Shown: positions 24,601-37,513, counted from the first letter of the stretch. The stretch is DNA of 64,000 nucleotides from Haliotis cracherodii (GCF_022045235.1 NW_027266270.1:25358001-25422000); one strand, 5' to 3'. Notes: generated by a model not told the origin, from the letters alone. Numbers and translations are program-made.

Positions 24601-27600
24601 GAGAGCATGGTTAAAGTAGTTGGTCGTGATGTGAGCATGGTTAAAGTAGTTGGTCGTGGTGTGAGCATGGGTAAAGTAGTTGGTCGTGGTGTGAGCATGG
24701 GTAAAGTCGTTGGTCGTGGTGTGAGCATGGGTAAAGTAGTTGGTCGTGGTGTGAGCATGGGTAAAGTCGCTTATCGTGGTGAGAGCATGGTTAAAGTCGT
24801 TGGTCGTGGTGTGAGCATGGTTAAAGTAGTTGGTCGTGATGTGAGCATGGGTAAAGTCGCTGATCGTGGTGAGAGCATTAGTAAAGTCGCTGGTCGTGGT
24901 GAGAGCATGGTTAAAGTAGTTGGTCGTGATGTGAGCATGGTTAAAGTAGTTGGTCGTGGTGTGAGCATGGTTAAAGTAATTGGTCGTGGTGAGAGCATGG
25001 GTAAAGTAGTTGGTCGTGGTGTGAGCATGGTTAAAGTAGTTGGTCGTGGTGTGAACATGGGTAAAGTCGCTGATCGTGGTGAGAACATGGGTAAAGCAGT
25101 TGGTCGTGGTGAGAGCATGGTTAAAGTAGTTGGTCGTGGTGTGAGCATGGGTAAAGTCACTGGTCGTGGTGTGAGCATGGTTAAAGTAGTTGGTCGTGGT
25201 GAGAGCATGGTTAAAGTAGTTGGTCGTGATGTGAGCATGGTTAAAGTAGTTGGTCGTGGTGTGAACATGGGTAAAGTAGTTGGTCGTGATGTGAGCATGG
25301 TTAAAGTAGTTGGTCGTGATGTGAGCATGGTTAAAGTAGTTGGTCATGGTGTGAGCATGGGTAAAGTAGTTGGTCGTGGTGAGAGCATGGTTAAAGTAGT
25401 TGGTCGTGGTGTGAACATGGGTAAAGTCGCTGATCGTGGTGAGAACATGGTTAAAGTAGTTGGTCGTGGTGAGAGCATGGTTAAAGTAGTTGGTCGTGAT
25501 GTGAGCATGGTTAAAGTAGTTGGTCATGGTGTGAGCATGGGTAAAGTCGTTGGTCGTGGTGAGAGCATGGGTAAAGTCGTTGGTCGTGGTGTGAGCATGG
25601 TTAAAGTAGTTGGTCGTGGTGTGAACATGGGTAAAGTCGCTGATCGTGGTGAGAACATGGGTAAAGTAGTTGGTCGTGGTGAGAGCATGGTTAAAGTAGT
25701 TGGTCGTGGTGTGAGCATGGGTAAAGTCACTGGTCGTGGTGTGAGCATGGTTAAAGTAGTTGGTCGTGGTGAGAACATGGTTAAAGTAGTTGGTCGTGGT
25801 GTGAGCATGGTTAAAGTAGTTGGTCGTGATGTGAGCATGGTTAAAGTAGTTGGTCATGGTGTGAGCATGGGTAAAGTCGTTGGTCGTGGTGAGAGCATGG
25901 GTAAAGTAGTTGGTCGTGGTGTGAGCATGGTTAAAGTAATTGGTCGTGGTGTGAACATGGGTAAAGTCGCTGATCGTGGTGAGAACATGGGTAAAGTAGT
26001 TGGTCGTGGTGAGAGCATGGTTAAAGTAGTTGGTCGTGGTCTGAGCATGGGTAAAGTAGTTGGTCGTGGTGAGAGCATGGTTAAAGTCGCTGGTCGTGGT
26101 GTGAGCATGGTTAAAGTAGTTGGTCGTGGTGAGAGCATGGTTAAAGTAGTTGGTCGTGATGAGAGCATGGTTAAAGTCGTTGGTCGTGATGTGAGCATGG
26201 TTAAAGTAGTTGGTCGTGGTGAGAGCATGGGTAAACTTGTTGGTCGTGGTGAGAACATGGGTAAAGTAGTTGGTCGTGGTGAGAGCATGGTTAAAGTAGT
26301 TGGTCGTTGTGTGAGCATGGTTAAAGTAGTTGGTCGTGGTGTGAACATGGGTAAACTTGTTGGTCGTGGTGTGAGCATGGGTAGAGTCGTTGGTCGTGGT
26401 GTGAGCATGGGTAAAGTAGTTGGTCGTGGTGTGAGCATGGTTAAAGTAGTTGGTCGTGGTGTGAGCATGGTTAAAGTAGTTGGTCGTGGTGTTAGCATGG
26501 TTAAAGTAGTTGGTCGTGGTGTGAGCATGGGTAAACTTGTTGGTCGTGGTGTGAGCATGGGTAGAGTCGTTGGTCGTGGTGTGAACATGGGTAAAGTCGT
26601 TGTCCGTGGTGTGAACATGGGTAAACTTGTTGGTCGTGGTGAGAGCATGGGTAAAGTCGTTGGTCGTGGTGTGAGCATGGGTAGAGTCGTTGTCCGTGGT
26701 GTGAACATGGGTAAACTTGTTGGTCGTGGTGAGAGCATGGGTAAAGTCGTTGGTCGTGGTGTGAACATGGGTAAAGTCGTTGTCCGTGGTGTGAACATGG
26801 GTAAACTTGTTGGTCGTGGTGAGAGCATGGGTAGAGTCGTTGGTCGTGGTGAGAGCATGGGTAAAGTCGTTGGTCGTGGTGTGAGCATGGGTAGAGTCGT
26901 TGTCCGTGGTGTGAACATGGTTAAAGTAATTGGTCGTGGTGTGAGCATGGTTAAAGTAGTTGGTCGTTGTGTGAGCATGGTTAAAGTAGTTGGTCGTGGT
27001 GTGAACATGGGTAAACTTGTTGGTCGTGGTGTGAGCATGGGTAGAGTCGTTGGTCGTGGTGTGAGCATGGGTAAAGTAGTTGGTCGTGGTGTGAGCATGG
27101 TTAAAGTAGTTGGTCGTGGTGTGAGCATGGTTAAAGTAGTTGGTCGTGGTGTTAGCATGGTTAAAGTAGTTGGTCGTGGTGTGAGCATGGGTAAACTTGT
27201 TGGTCGTGGTGTGAGCATGGGTAGAGTCGTTGGTCGTGGTGTGAACATGGGTAAAGTCGTTGTCCGTGGTGTGAGCATGGGTAGAGTCGTTGTCCGTGGT
27301 GTGAACATGGGTAAAGTCGTTGGTCGTGGTGTGAGCATGGGTAGAGTCGTTGTCCGTGGTGTGAACATGGGTAAACTTGTTGGTCGTGGTGAGAGCATGG
27401 GTAAAGTCGTTGGTCGTGGTGTGAACATGGGTAAAGTCGTTGTCCGTGGTGTGAACATGGGTAAACTTGTTGGTCGTGGTGAGAGCATGGGTAGAGTCGT
27501 TGGTCGTGGTGAGAGCATGGGTAAAGTCGTTGGTCGTGGTGTGAGCATGGGTAGAGTCGTTGTCCGTGGTGTGAACATGGGTAAACTTGTTGGTCGTGGT

Positions 27601-30600
27601 GTGAGCATGGGTAGAGTCGTTGGTCGTGGTGAGAGCATGGGTAAAGTCGTTGTCCGTGGTGTGAGCATGGGTAAAGTCCTTGTCCGTGGTGTGAACATGG
27701 GTAAACTTGTTGGTCGTGGTGAGAGCATGGGTAAAGTCGTTGTCCGTGGTGTGAACATGGGTAAAGTCCTTGTCCGTTGTGTGAACATGGGTAAAGTCGT
27801 TGTCCGTGGTGTGAGCATGGGTAAAGTAGTTGGTCGTGGTGTGAGCATGGGTAAACTTGTTGGTCGTGGTGTGAGCATGGGTAAACTTGTTGGTCGTGGT
27901 GAGAGCATGGGTAAAGTCGTTGTCCGTGGTGTGAACATGGGTAAAGTCGTTGTCCGTGGTGAGAGCATGGGTAAAGTCGTTGCCCGTGGTGTGACCATGG
28001 GTAAAGTCGCAGATCGTGGTGTGTAAACATGGATTGAGTCGCTGATCGTGGTGTGAGCATTGGTAAAGTCGTTGTCCATGGTGTGAGCATGGGTAAAGTC
28101 GTTGGTCGTGGTGTGAACATGGGTAAAGTCGTTGTCCGTGGTGTGAACATGGGTAAAGTCGTTGTCCGTGGTGTGAACATGGGTAAAGTCGTTGTCCGTG
28201 GTGTGAGCATGGGTAAAGTAGTTGGTCGTGGTGTGAGCATGGGTAAACTTGTTGGTCGTGGTGTGAGCATGGGTAAACTTGTTGGTCGTGGTGAGAGCAT
28301 GGGTAAAGTCGTTGTCCGTGGTGTGAACATGGGTAAAGTCGTTGTCCGTGGTGAGAGCATGGGTAAAGTCGTTGTCCGTGGTGAGAGCATGGGTAAAGTC
28401 GTTGCCCGTGGTGTGACCATGGGTAAAGTCGCAGATCGTGGTGTGTAAGCATGGATTAAGTCGCTGATCGTGGTGTGAGCATTGGTAAAGTCGTTGTCCA
28501 TGGTGTGAGCATGGGTAAAGTCGTTGGTCGTGGTGTGAACATGGGTAAAGTCGTTGTCCGTGGTGTGAACATGGGTAAAGTCGTTGCCCGTGGTGTGACC
28601 ATGGGTAAAGTCGCAGATCGTGGTGTGTAAGCATGGATTAAGTCGCTGATCGTGGTGTGAGCATGGGTAAAGTCGTTGTCCATGGTGTGAGCATGGGTAA
28701 AGTCGTTGCCCGTGGTGTGACCATGGGTAAAGTCGCAGATCGTGGTGTGTAAGCATGGATTAAGTCGCTGATCGAGGTGTGAGCATGGATAAAGTCGTTG
28801 GTCGGGGTGTGAGCATGGATAAAGTCGTTGGTCGGGGTGTGAGCACGGGTAAAGCTGTTGTCCATGATGTGAGCATGGGGAAAATCGTTGGCCGTGCTGT
28901 GGGCATGGGTAAAGTCGTTGGCTGTGGTGTAAGCATTGTGAAGATGCTGGTTTTGGTATGAGAATGGATGCAGACGATGGCCTTGATCTGAGTACTGTTC
29001 GAAGACTCTAATATTACATATGCTGTAAATAAATGCTCTGTTGAACCAGGCTGTCAAACCCCACAGCGGTCCCCTGAACACCCTCGATCGGCTAAACATC
29101 TATGTCTGGGTGGTCTTCGAGCAAACAAACGACATCCAAGTCGAAGAAATGAAACAATACATCAACGAAACCAATTCGTTTATGAATCCCCTGTTTATGC
29201 ACGAGTTCATACAGACATATGGTCTTCAAGGTAAACTCAATGTTTGAATACCGTTGCACTACTCACATGTGTCTTCTACAAACAGTCCAAATGACAACGT
29301 GGACATGAGGTTGTTGTTTTTCAAAATGGTTTAAATCAATCAACTAAACTGTAGACATTGACTCTATAAAAGAAGATATATAATGCGTAACTAGGACTTT
29401 CTCAAAGGCCGCGAAGATCCATATTGTATAGATCCCCTCAATTTGTTAACGTATTCACGTGTGTGGATGATTGCTTTCCTTACACTACCCAGAGACCATA
29501 TACCCTGCTCTTATCCTCTTCTCATGCTTACCAATCAATAATGCTTCCCTGCAACCCCCACACCCAGCACGCCCTAATCCAATAATGTTTCCCTGCAGCC
29601 CCCCACCTACCACGCCCCCCTCCAATAATGCTGACCTGCACCACCACCCCACACCCAGCACGCCCTAATCCAATAATGCTTCCCTGCAGCCCCCCACCTA
29701 CCACGCCCCCCTCCAATAATACTTCCCTGCAACCACCCCCTCTCCACCCCCACCCCCACCCCCACCCCACTGCTTCCCCCTCTGTATCATTACCAACTCT
29801 CCAAACCATTATTTCTATCAGCTTCATGTTACTTTTCAGGTCCCGTCAGCTTCGACATCGTGCGCTCCTATGGCGACGACTACGCCGCTGTGATGATGAG
29901 AGACAGGGGTGATACAAACAGGTGTCCCTACTTCCACCAAAAACGTGAGCCATCTATATCACATGCCGGCAAACCTCTAACCACTAGTTTAATTAGGGGA
30001 TATCTCTGTTGTTTTGACACCTCGGTTTTCTCTAACGCGGCTGGAATGAAAGTTGAAAGTTGACATTTGCAAGCTTTATTATTTACAATTTACCCATGCA
30101 CCGATCTCATGGCAGTGGAGGAGGTATACACCCGTGTTAGATAGTGGCAAAACGTGAAACAGACCAGAATTGGTTATTCGATGGTGAAGTAATTCATACG
30201 GGTATCATTGCAGTGTCGGGGCAGCTGTTGCCAGTCTGGTAACGTTTTCATAATGTTTATAATTTGTAGGTCAAATCCAATTTTCAAGAGTATAATTTCT
30301 GTTGCCCGGCAGTTTATGCATGGTTTTGTGACCCAAGGGGCATTGGTGGGCCGGTCGTCTAAGGTGCCGCGATTCGATGGCTGCCAGAAACCTATGTTCG
30401 TGGGTTCGAATCCCAGAAACGTCCTGATTATGTTTCTGGGTTTGCTAGCACCATAACCGCGCTCACTGGTTTCACCAAAGCTGTAAACATCTAAGATCTC
30501 ACACATCTAGTTGACAGGTCATGATATGTGACATACTGTCACTCACCTTTATGCAGCCCCCTGAGTGCAGCTCATTCTTAGATTCCACGATGGCTACGGT

Positions 30601-31577
30601 TGGAACACTGCTAAAAGAATGATAAAACACAGCTCACACACTCACGCCTTTACAGAGAGGTACTTAGCACGCCTCATATCATAACAAGCGTAGGAAGAAT
30701 TCCGTTCTGAAATATTTTCTTCTTCTTCCAGGACTCCAAGAGCACGTGGACAGCCATGGCGGTCTGACCTTCAACCTGTCGTCTGCTGAGGCCGGGATCT
30801 CTATTGACCTGCACTTTATGACCCCGGACATGCCCTTCCCCTTCTGCTGTTCTGAAATGAAGACTGGGTGAGATTGATTTACAGTTAACTATACAAACTT
30901 GTAACAATCCGTTTCTTTTGTTTTCCTTGACACGTGTAGAATATGTGAAGCTGAGTCTCAGTTTCTAACATTATGCTAAAAGTGACGTATGACCAAATCC
31001 ACTCACTCCATCACTGCGATTGGTATTATTGAAGAGAGCCTTGTTAATCATCATCATCATCATCTTCATCATCATCATTAGGCACGTAAGAAACCTGTCA
31101 TTGTGGGTACAAGTCCCGATGCGCCCGATGCGCCCCGATAATGTTCCTAGATTTGACAGCACCATATCAAGCTCGTGGTAAACGTCTGAAACCTGCATCA
31201 GTTCGGGTTTTCCTCCCATATTAAACCGACACGCTGTTGACTCTGGAATACACTGACACTGTTCACAGCAACGTTGAACCGAACTCACTTTTATCATCAT
31301 AACCCTCACACTCATTTAATATAAGAAGAAGTTTATTCATGTTAAAGACCATATGATTTTCAGAATAAACAGCACACATAGATAAGTTGCTGATTAAATG
31401 TATTATTGTGATAATCATTGTTGTTGATATCATTTTATTGTGACAATCATTTTTGTTGATATTATCATCATCATCATTACATCATCATCATCATCATTAT
31501 TATTATTAATTATATATTCAGTATTTATTTCTGTGTCATCATCATCTTCTTAATCACTGATAAATTAAGTTATTATT

Positions 31578-31619
<42 letters not shown>

Positions 31620-34600
31620 TTGTTGTTGTTGTTATATATTCATTATTTACTTATGTGTCATCATTATCTTCTTAATCACTGATAAATATTGTCTCATTCA
31701 GCGCCGCCAACGTTCATGTCAATTATAAGTCCACTGGGGAGATCATGGCCGCCAAAGTGAGAGCAAAGCCAATGGTGCACTTTGTGACAAGAAACACCTC
31801 CGCCCCTGCCAGAACTACCCTGCAAGGTAGTAAATGTCCTGTCAGGCTTCCCAACCAACATGTGTATGGCTGCAATGACACTCAGCCATTGCTAGATCCC
31901 ACGTGGATTATATACTTCAGTTTCATTTATAAAAGAGTGTAAGGTATAAACACACAATGCCATTTTAGAAAGTGGTCAGATGTAACAAATGGTATGTTTG
32001 GGATAACACTTTCTTAATAAAGTTCAGATTCTCGTACTTAAAGTAATAATAGTAAGGTAATTTAAATCCAACGTTTCTAAGACAGCACACCATTTAGGAT
32101 TCCGGGTTCGAAGAGGCCCTCACCAACCAAGGCGAAACCGCATTATCGGTGGTTTGAGAAGGGAGCTAACTCAGTTTGCCTAATCGAAAGTTCGAGGTGG
32201 GCCCACATTCGAAACTAAACGCACTTGTTGTTGAGAATATGTACAATGTAAACTAACCCGCATTACGAACTGTTATTTTGTCTATTAAAAATAAGTATTA
32301 TGACTTAATAATTGGATTAGAATGTACAAATGCGATGATACTACAGCAGAACTCACTTCTATGAACATCGCCAAACTAGGTCGTGGGGTCATTAATATTC
32401 ATGAGTTATTCCTTTTATGGAACAAGTTCTCGGAAAAGTTTGAGGCTTGTATCATGACTGTCATGTCCGAGATCAATTTAAGTGTAGACATATTTCCTGC
32501 GGCAAACTTATGATCAGATTGATGTGTTATACTGGAAAAAGTAGAATGAGTAGTTTTGCCTCTGTAAATTTAATTTGAAGTAGATCGAAGTTTCTTGCTT
32601 TGTAGCCTATTTTTGCAAAACTAGTGTGGTCAGCTATGATGACGTTATTCAAACTTCAAGGACTTTGTGTGCATTTATAAAGATATTTCCCATCAATATT
32701 ACAAAATGAGAATTATATATAATGTCACAAACCCATGCAAATGTGATCCCACTAGTCTAAATGACTCAGTCAACCCAATGAAGCCCAGCGATTTACAAAT
32801 GTGGGCCCACCTGTTTCGATCACTGTAAGACGGGAACAATGTGGGCCCACATTTTAGAAAATGGTTATAATTAAGCCAGGCTAATGAAGCTTAGCGATTT
32901 ATAAATGTGGTCCCTCCTGTTGCAATCACTATGACGGAAGAACGTCTTCCTACTAGGAGATATACAAAAGTGGGCCCACTTGTTTCGATCACCATATATG
33001 GCGGGAACAATGTGGGCCCACATTTGAGAAAATGATTATCAATATTTAAGTAGAATTTCGCGATTAGTAAATGTGGTCCCTCCTGTTGCAATCAATATGA
33101 CGGAAGAACGTCTGCCCACATTTAGGAATTGATTATCAGAACTAATTAAACAACCTAACGAAGCTAGGTTATATACAAATGTGGGCCCACTTGTTTCGAT
33201 CACCATATATGACGGGAACAATGTGGGCCCACATTTTAGAAAATGGTTATCAGCACTAAACCAATCTAAGAAGATGTACGGATGGAAACATAAATATATA
33301 AAGCATTCAAACATTTAATTAAGAATACGTTTTACCTTAGGGATAAGCTGGGCATTTAATAGCTAGACCAATAACGTACGGCGTGACTGACGCCATTTCT
33401 CGCAAATACGAAAACAACGGAGATAGCTCCCGTCTGAATTTAGAGTGACCTCCCTTTCCCAATATGAACCACTTATAATGCGGTTTCGCCCCAACCAATG
33501 CTGTTCGTAATAATCGACTTAATGGATTGGGTGGTCAACAAACCGAGAGAGCGTGGATCGTTGCTCATAATTTCAATCACTGGCCACATTCGGTTATTTA
33601 CAGACCGCCGTCATGTAGCTGGAGTTGATTTCATATTTGCTATTCTCGCCCAACAGGTCAGTTCTTCACCTTGATGCTGGTCAACCCAACAAAGGAGTTG
33701 AATACATCAACCCCCAACACTGACGTACATTGGCTCGTTGTCAACATCAACGCCGATGACGTCGCTAACGGTGACGTCGTCGTCGAATACATGCCTCCGA
33801 TGCCAAGTGCAACAAAGCGGATGTATCTGGCCCTTCTGTACAAGCAAGCGAACAGAACTGACCAAGTGAAGAATATCACAGGCCTGCTCGGTTCTGGGTG
33901 CCCTCAGAACACTAAGTACGAGACGCTACTGTGGAGATTTCGTCGCTATTTGACTAAAATAACGCCGATTTGACGTTCTTTTTTAAATTGTCGAGATAGT
34001 TGTGTTTGCCTTTTTATGAAGAACGTATTTTGTCGTTGATAGTCTTGCATTCAATTCTATATTTACGAAATTAAGTACCTGGTAAATATCGGACATATTG
34101 ACATGTTAGACACCTAGACAGGAGCTGTCTCCATTTCATTATAATACCTTGTACATGATGAATTTAATACCCCACAAGAAAACGTCACCAGTCATCAATA
34201 CGGCGGCAACAAATTATCATGTCCATATTAAAATCTTAAACAAATTAAATTTGCAATAAAATAATTTTCACAAAATATTCATCAACAGAGGGATGTTGAA
34301 AACAAAATGAACAATAATGGCTACAATTCTTTCCCTGATTTTCATCTTGCATCATGTTTTGACTGCTATGCGATTACCTCCCTTACATAATGAATTTGAT
34401 AAATACAGTGTGTCTACAGTAAGTGAGCGCTGTAGCCTATTCAGGCTACATAATCTCAACTAATTTTCATATCTCTACTGTTTCATATCCCCGCTCTCTT
34501 TCATATCTCCACTCTGTTTCATATCTTTGCAATGTTTTATATCCCCGCTCTGTTTCATATCTCCACTTTGTTTCATATCTCCACTCTTTTTTATATCTCC

Positions 34601-36210
34601 AGTTTCTTTAATATCCCCGTTCTGTTTCATATCCCTGTTCTGTTTAATAACCCCGCTTTGTTTCATATCTCCGCTCTGTTTCATATCTCTGCTCTGTTTC
34701 ATATTGCCGCTCTGTTTCATATCTAAAATTAGTTTCATATCTCCACTCTACTTCAAATCCCGATCTGTTTCATGTCTCCACTTTGTTTCATATCCCCGCT
34801 CTGTTTCATATCTCCACTCTGTTTCATATCCCCGCTCTGTTTCATATCTCCACTCTGTTTCATATCTCCACTTGGTTTCATATCCCCGCTCTGTTTCATA
34901 TCTCCACTCTGTTTCATATCTCCACTCTGTTTCATATCTCCACTGTTTCATATCCTCGATCTGTTTCATATCTCCACTTTGTTTCATATCCCCACTCTGT
35001 TTCATATCTCCACTCTGTTTCAGATGGCCACTCTGTTTCATATACCCGTTCTGTTTCATATTTCCTCTTTGTTTTATATCCCCGCTCTGTTTCATATCTC
35101 CACCCGGGGCTATCGGGTAGCCTAGTGGTTAAAGCCTTCGCTCGTCACGCCGAAGACCCGGGTTCGATTCCTGACGTGGGTACAATGTGTGAAGCCCATT
35201 TCCGGTGTCATATATCCGCTCTCTTTCCATATGTAGAATACCTGCCTTTCTGTTGATGAATTTACGACCCAGAAGCTTTGTTGTAAAATTCCAAACACAT
35301 ATCTGTTTCATATCTCCGCTCTGTTTCATATCTCTGCTCTGTTTCATATCTCCGCTCTCTTTCATGTCTCCACTCTATTTCATATCTCTGCTTTGTTAAG
35401 TATCTCCGCTCCATTTCATATCTCTGCTCTGTTTCATATCTCCGCTCTGTTTCATATCTCTGCTCTGTTTCATATCTCCGCTCTGTTTCATATCTCCGCT
35501 CTGTTTCATATCTCTGCTCTGTTTCATATCTCCACTCTGTTTCATATCTCCGCTCTGTTTCATATCTCCGCTCTGTTTCATATCTCTGCTCTGTTTCATA
35601 TCTCCGCTCTGTTTCATATCTCCCCTCTGTTTCATATCTCCGCTCTGTTTCATATCTCCACTCTGTTTCATATCTCCGCTCTGTTTCATATCTCCGCTCT
35701 GTTTCATATCTCCGCTCTGTTTCATATCTCCGCTCTGTTTCATATTTCCACTCTGTTTAATATCCCCGCTCTGTTTCATATCCCCGTCTTGGTTTCATAT
35801 CCCCGATCTGTTTCATATCCCCGATCTGTTTGATATATCCGCTCTGTTTCCATATGTAGAACTTCAGTACCTGCCTTTCTTTGATGATTTTAAGACCCAG
35901 AAGCATTGTTGTGAAAATTCCAAACACATTATCAAACCCTCTTCTGTTTAGGTGCAAGTTCCAGGTGAAAAACTATGTCATGAAGAACAGCCTCGTTCTG
36001 AGTGGACTCCGCCAGATGGACGTTAAACCCGACCACTACAGCAAACACCAGGAAGTGAAGAACGGGATGAGATCCGAGAATGAAGCATGTGAAGGCATGG
36101 CTGGTTACAGAAATCCGTGCCCAACAGGAACTGGGCTTCCTCTGACATCCTCCATGGTCGCCATCTATGCCATGGCGTTGCTGGCTGTTGTCTGTCAAAA
36201 GGCTTTTTGA
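18159..36210 (+). CDS. Secreted or GPI-anchored protein with two tandem PEBP (phosphatidylethanolamine-binding/RKIP-like) domains, copy A, 9 exons, 542 aa
   Basis: Exons 18159-18219, 22818-23087, 23547-23779, 29050-29230, 29840-29944, 30732-30867, 31702-31826, 33657-33915 and 35952-36210 are all GT-AG, phase-compatible and give 1629 nt open. Signal peptide MASSCTSIVLLVSCLASLSQVSC. Domain 1: PDVSW..YTVVYYD..HGIYVN..YVWVVFEQ..YGLQGPVS..DDY. Domain 2: FTLMLVNP..HWLVVNI..EYMPPMP..YLALLYKQ. Hydrophobic C-terminal tail SSMVAIYAMALLAVVCQKAF. Confidence 0.88.
20723..21812. repeat. 73-bp tandem repeat, about 15 units, intron 1 of copy A only
   Basis: Unit GCCCCTTCTCGTATTCCCCCCACAGTGATTCTGGATCGGAAGAGCACCCCTTCAGTTCGTATTGTTATGTCTT. 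A single unit is present in copy B (about 48187-48280). Confidence 0.95.
23985..28935. repeat. 30-bp minisatellite, about 165 units, intron 3 of copy A
   Basis: Consensus GTGAGCATGGGTAAAGTCGTTGGTCGTGGT, with occasional 32-bp variants from 28021 onward. Confidence 0.97.
29535..29785. repeat. C-rich degenerate tandem repeat in intron 4 (also at about 51648-51940)
   Basis: Recurrent CCAATAATGCT(TC/GA)CCTGCA..CCCC units. Confidence 0.75.
32131..33490. mobile_element. 1.36-kb non-autonomous DNA transposon with GG..CC termini and an 8-bp TSD (Merlin-like), copy A intron 7 only
   Basis: TIR GGCGAAACCGCATTAT at both ends. TSD CCAACCAA (32123-32130, 33491-33498). Empty site in copy B near 53690. Internal AATGTGGGCCCAC repeats. 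Confidence 0.9.
34465..35855. repeat. 18-bp minisatellite in intron 8 of copy A, interrupted by a SINE fragment (about 35106-35207)
   Basis: Unit CTCTGTTTCATATCTCCG. It produces the MKQSGD and FHISAL ORFs. A shorter array is in copy B at about 54712-55150. Confidence 0.93.
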
Positions 36211-37513
36211 AATTCTGCGATTTTATATTCGTCTTTTAACTAACAAGGCTGCATTTAAAGGAGAGACCAGGCTCCCTGGCCCATTTCTAAACGTTGAAAT
36301 TCGTGCGGAAGAAAAACACGACACCTTGTCTCTGTGTACTTTGTACCTACTAGATGGCAATTCACCATAAATTTGAGTTAGCCCTTGGTTGGAAATGATT
36401 TGTATCAAACTTGATATTCCGATTGGCCTGATCCTAGTCTTCCTTTTACACTGCGAATAGCAACTGACAAGATGCTTTGTGTTAATCAGAATCCATATTA
36501 TCACGTTATTACAAGCCTATATAGCGTGCCTGGACATATTGTCAAATCGACCGTAGCACTCCGCCAGGCTAAAGACAACGTTTCGCTGTTACGTAATCCT
36601 ATATTTACAGTGCTCGCTTTGATGAGGGTGAATTTCTTATTTTTACATTGTATGTTTGACTGTTATAACCGGGAATAAATAATGATGCATGTCGGCCTGT
36701 TTCCTTTGGGCATGTTGCGCTGTGGTAGAACGCGCAGTGTACATCCGGGTACCAAGGATGAGTGTAGAGCGCCGCGCACAAGATTCAGAAACCGGATAGA
36801 GTCGCATTTGACACCTTGACTTGCTGATAACTTCCGGAATGACAACTCATTCGATGGCTCAAACCAGAGAACATATACAGAATCAATATTACGTCTCTGT
36901 TTGACGCTTACCCGAGTTATTCTTCTTTTTAACAATTCATCTTATAAGATGGGTGAATATCTAACAATGATTAAATGATTCGGTCGTCACGCCGAAGTCA
37001 TTCGGCCAGATATTTCTGGAATATTGCTAAAAGCGGCGGAAAAACACTCAGTCACTCTAATACACACATACTCCGGTACACCAGAACATTATATTCAAGT
37101 ATCACGTTTTTAATACTAAACCTCACATTTCTATGTTTATTAAGTATTTTTGTTTTGATGGATAAAATGACTGAAGGTTAAAAAACAGAAAGTGGCATCT
37201 TTTTTCATAAGACATTTCTTCAAATAAAATGTTTTGGCGTTTAGAATTTATTGATTTAAAATATATCTTGAACTAGGTATCCCATGACTGTGTTTGAGGA
37301 GGAGCTACTTGTTTCATTGTTATTCTAATTTCAGTAAGGTCAGTTGATCATGGTGCTGTATTTGTCATTTTGTATTTCAAATGTTGATTTTTGTAATAAA
37401 ATTTAACAAAACAGCTGTATTTCTTTATGTCTATTAGGGGTGGGTTAGTAGCATGGAAAAACGTTAGATAAAATGAAGGGGACGTCGGCAAAATATGATC
37501 TAAGACAAATTCT

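Noticed and set aside
23959-28756. ORFs of 1497, 1340, 926 and 531 aa
   Set aside because: They are translations of a 30-bp minisatellite inside intron 3. They are open on both strands, broken by 32-bp units, and five-fold shorter in the paralogue.
34423-35833. MKQSGD, FHISAL and CFISPL repeat ORFs
   Set aside because: Products of an 18-bp intronic minisatellite.
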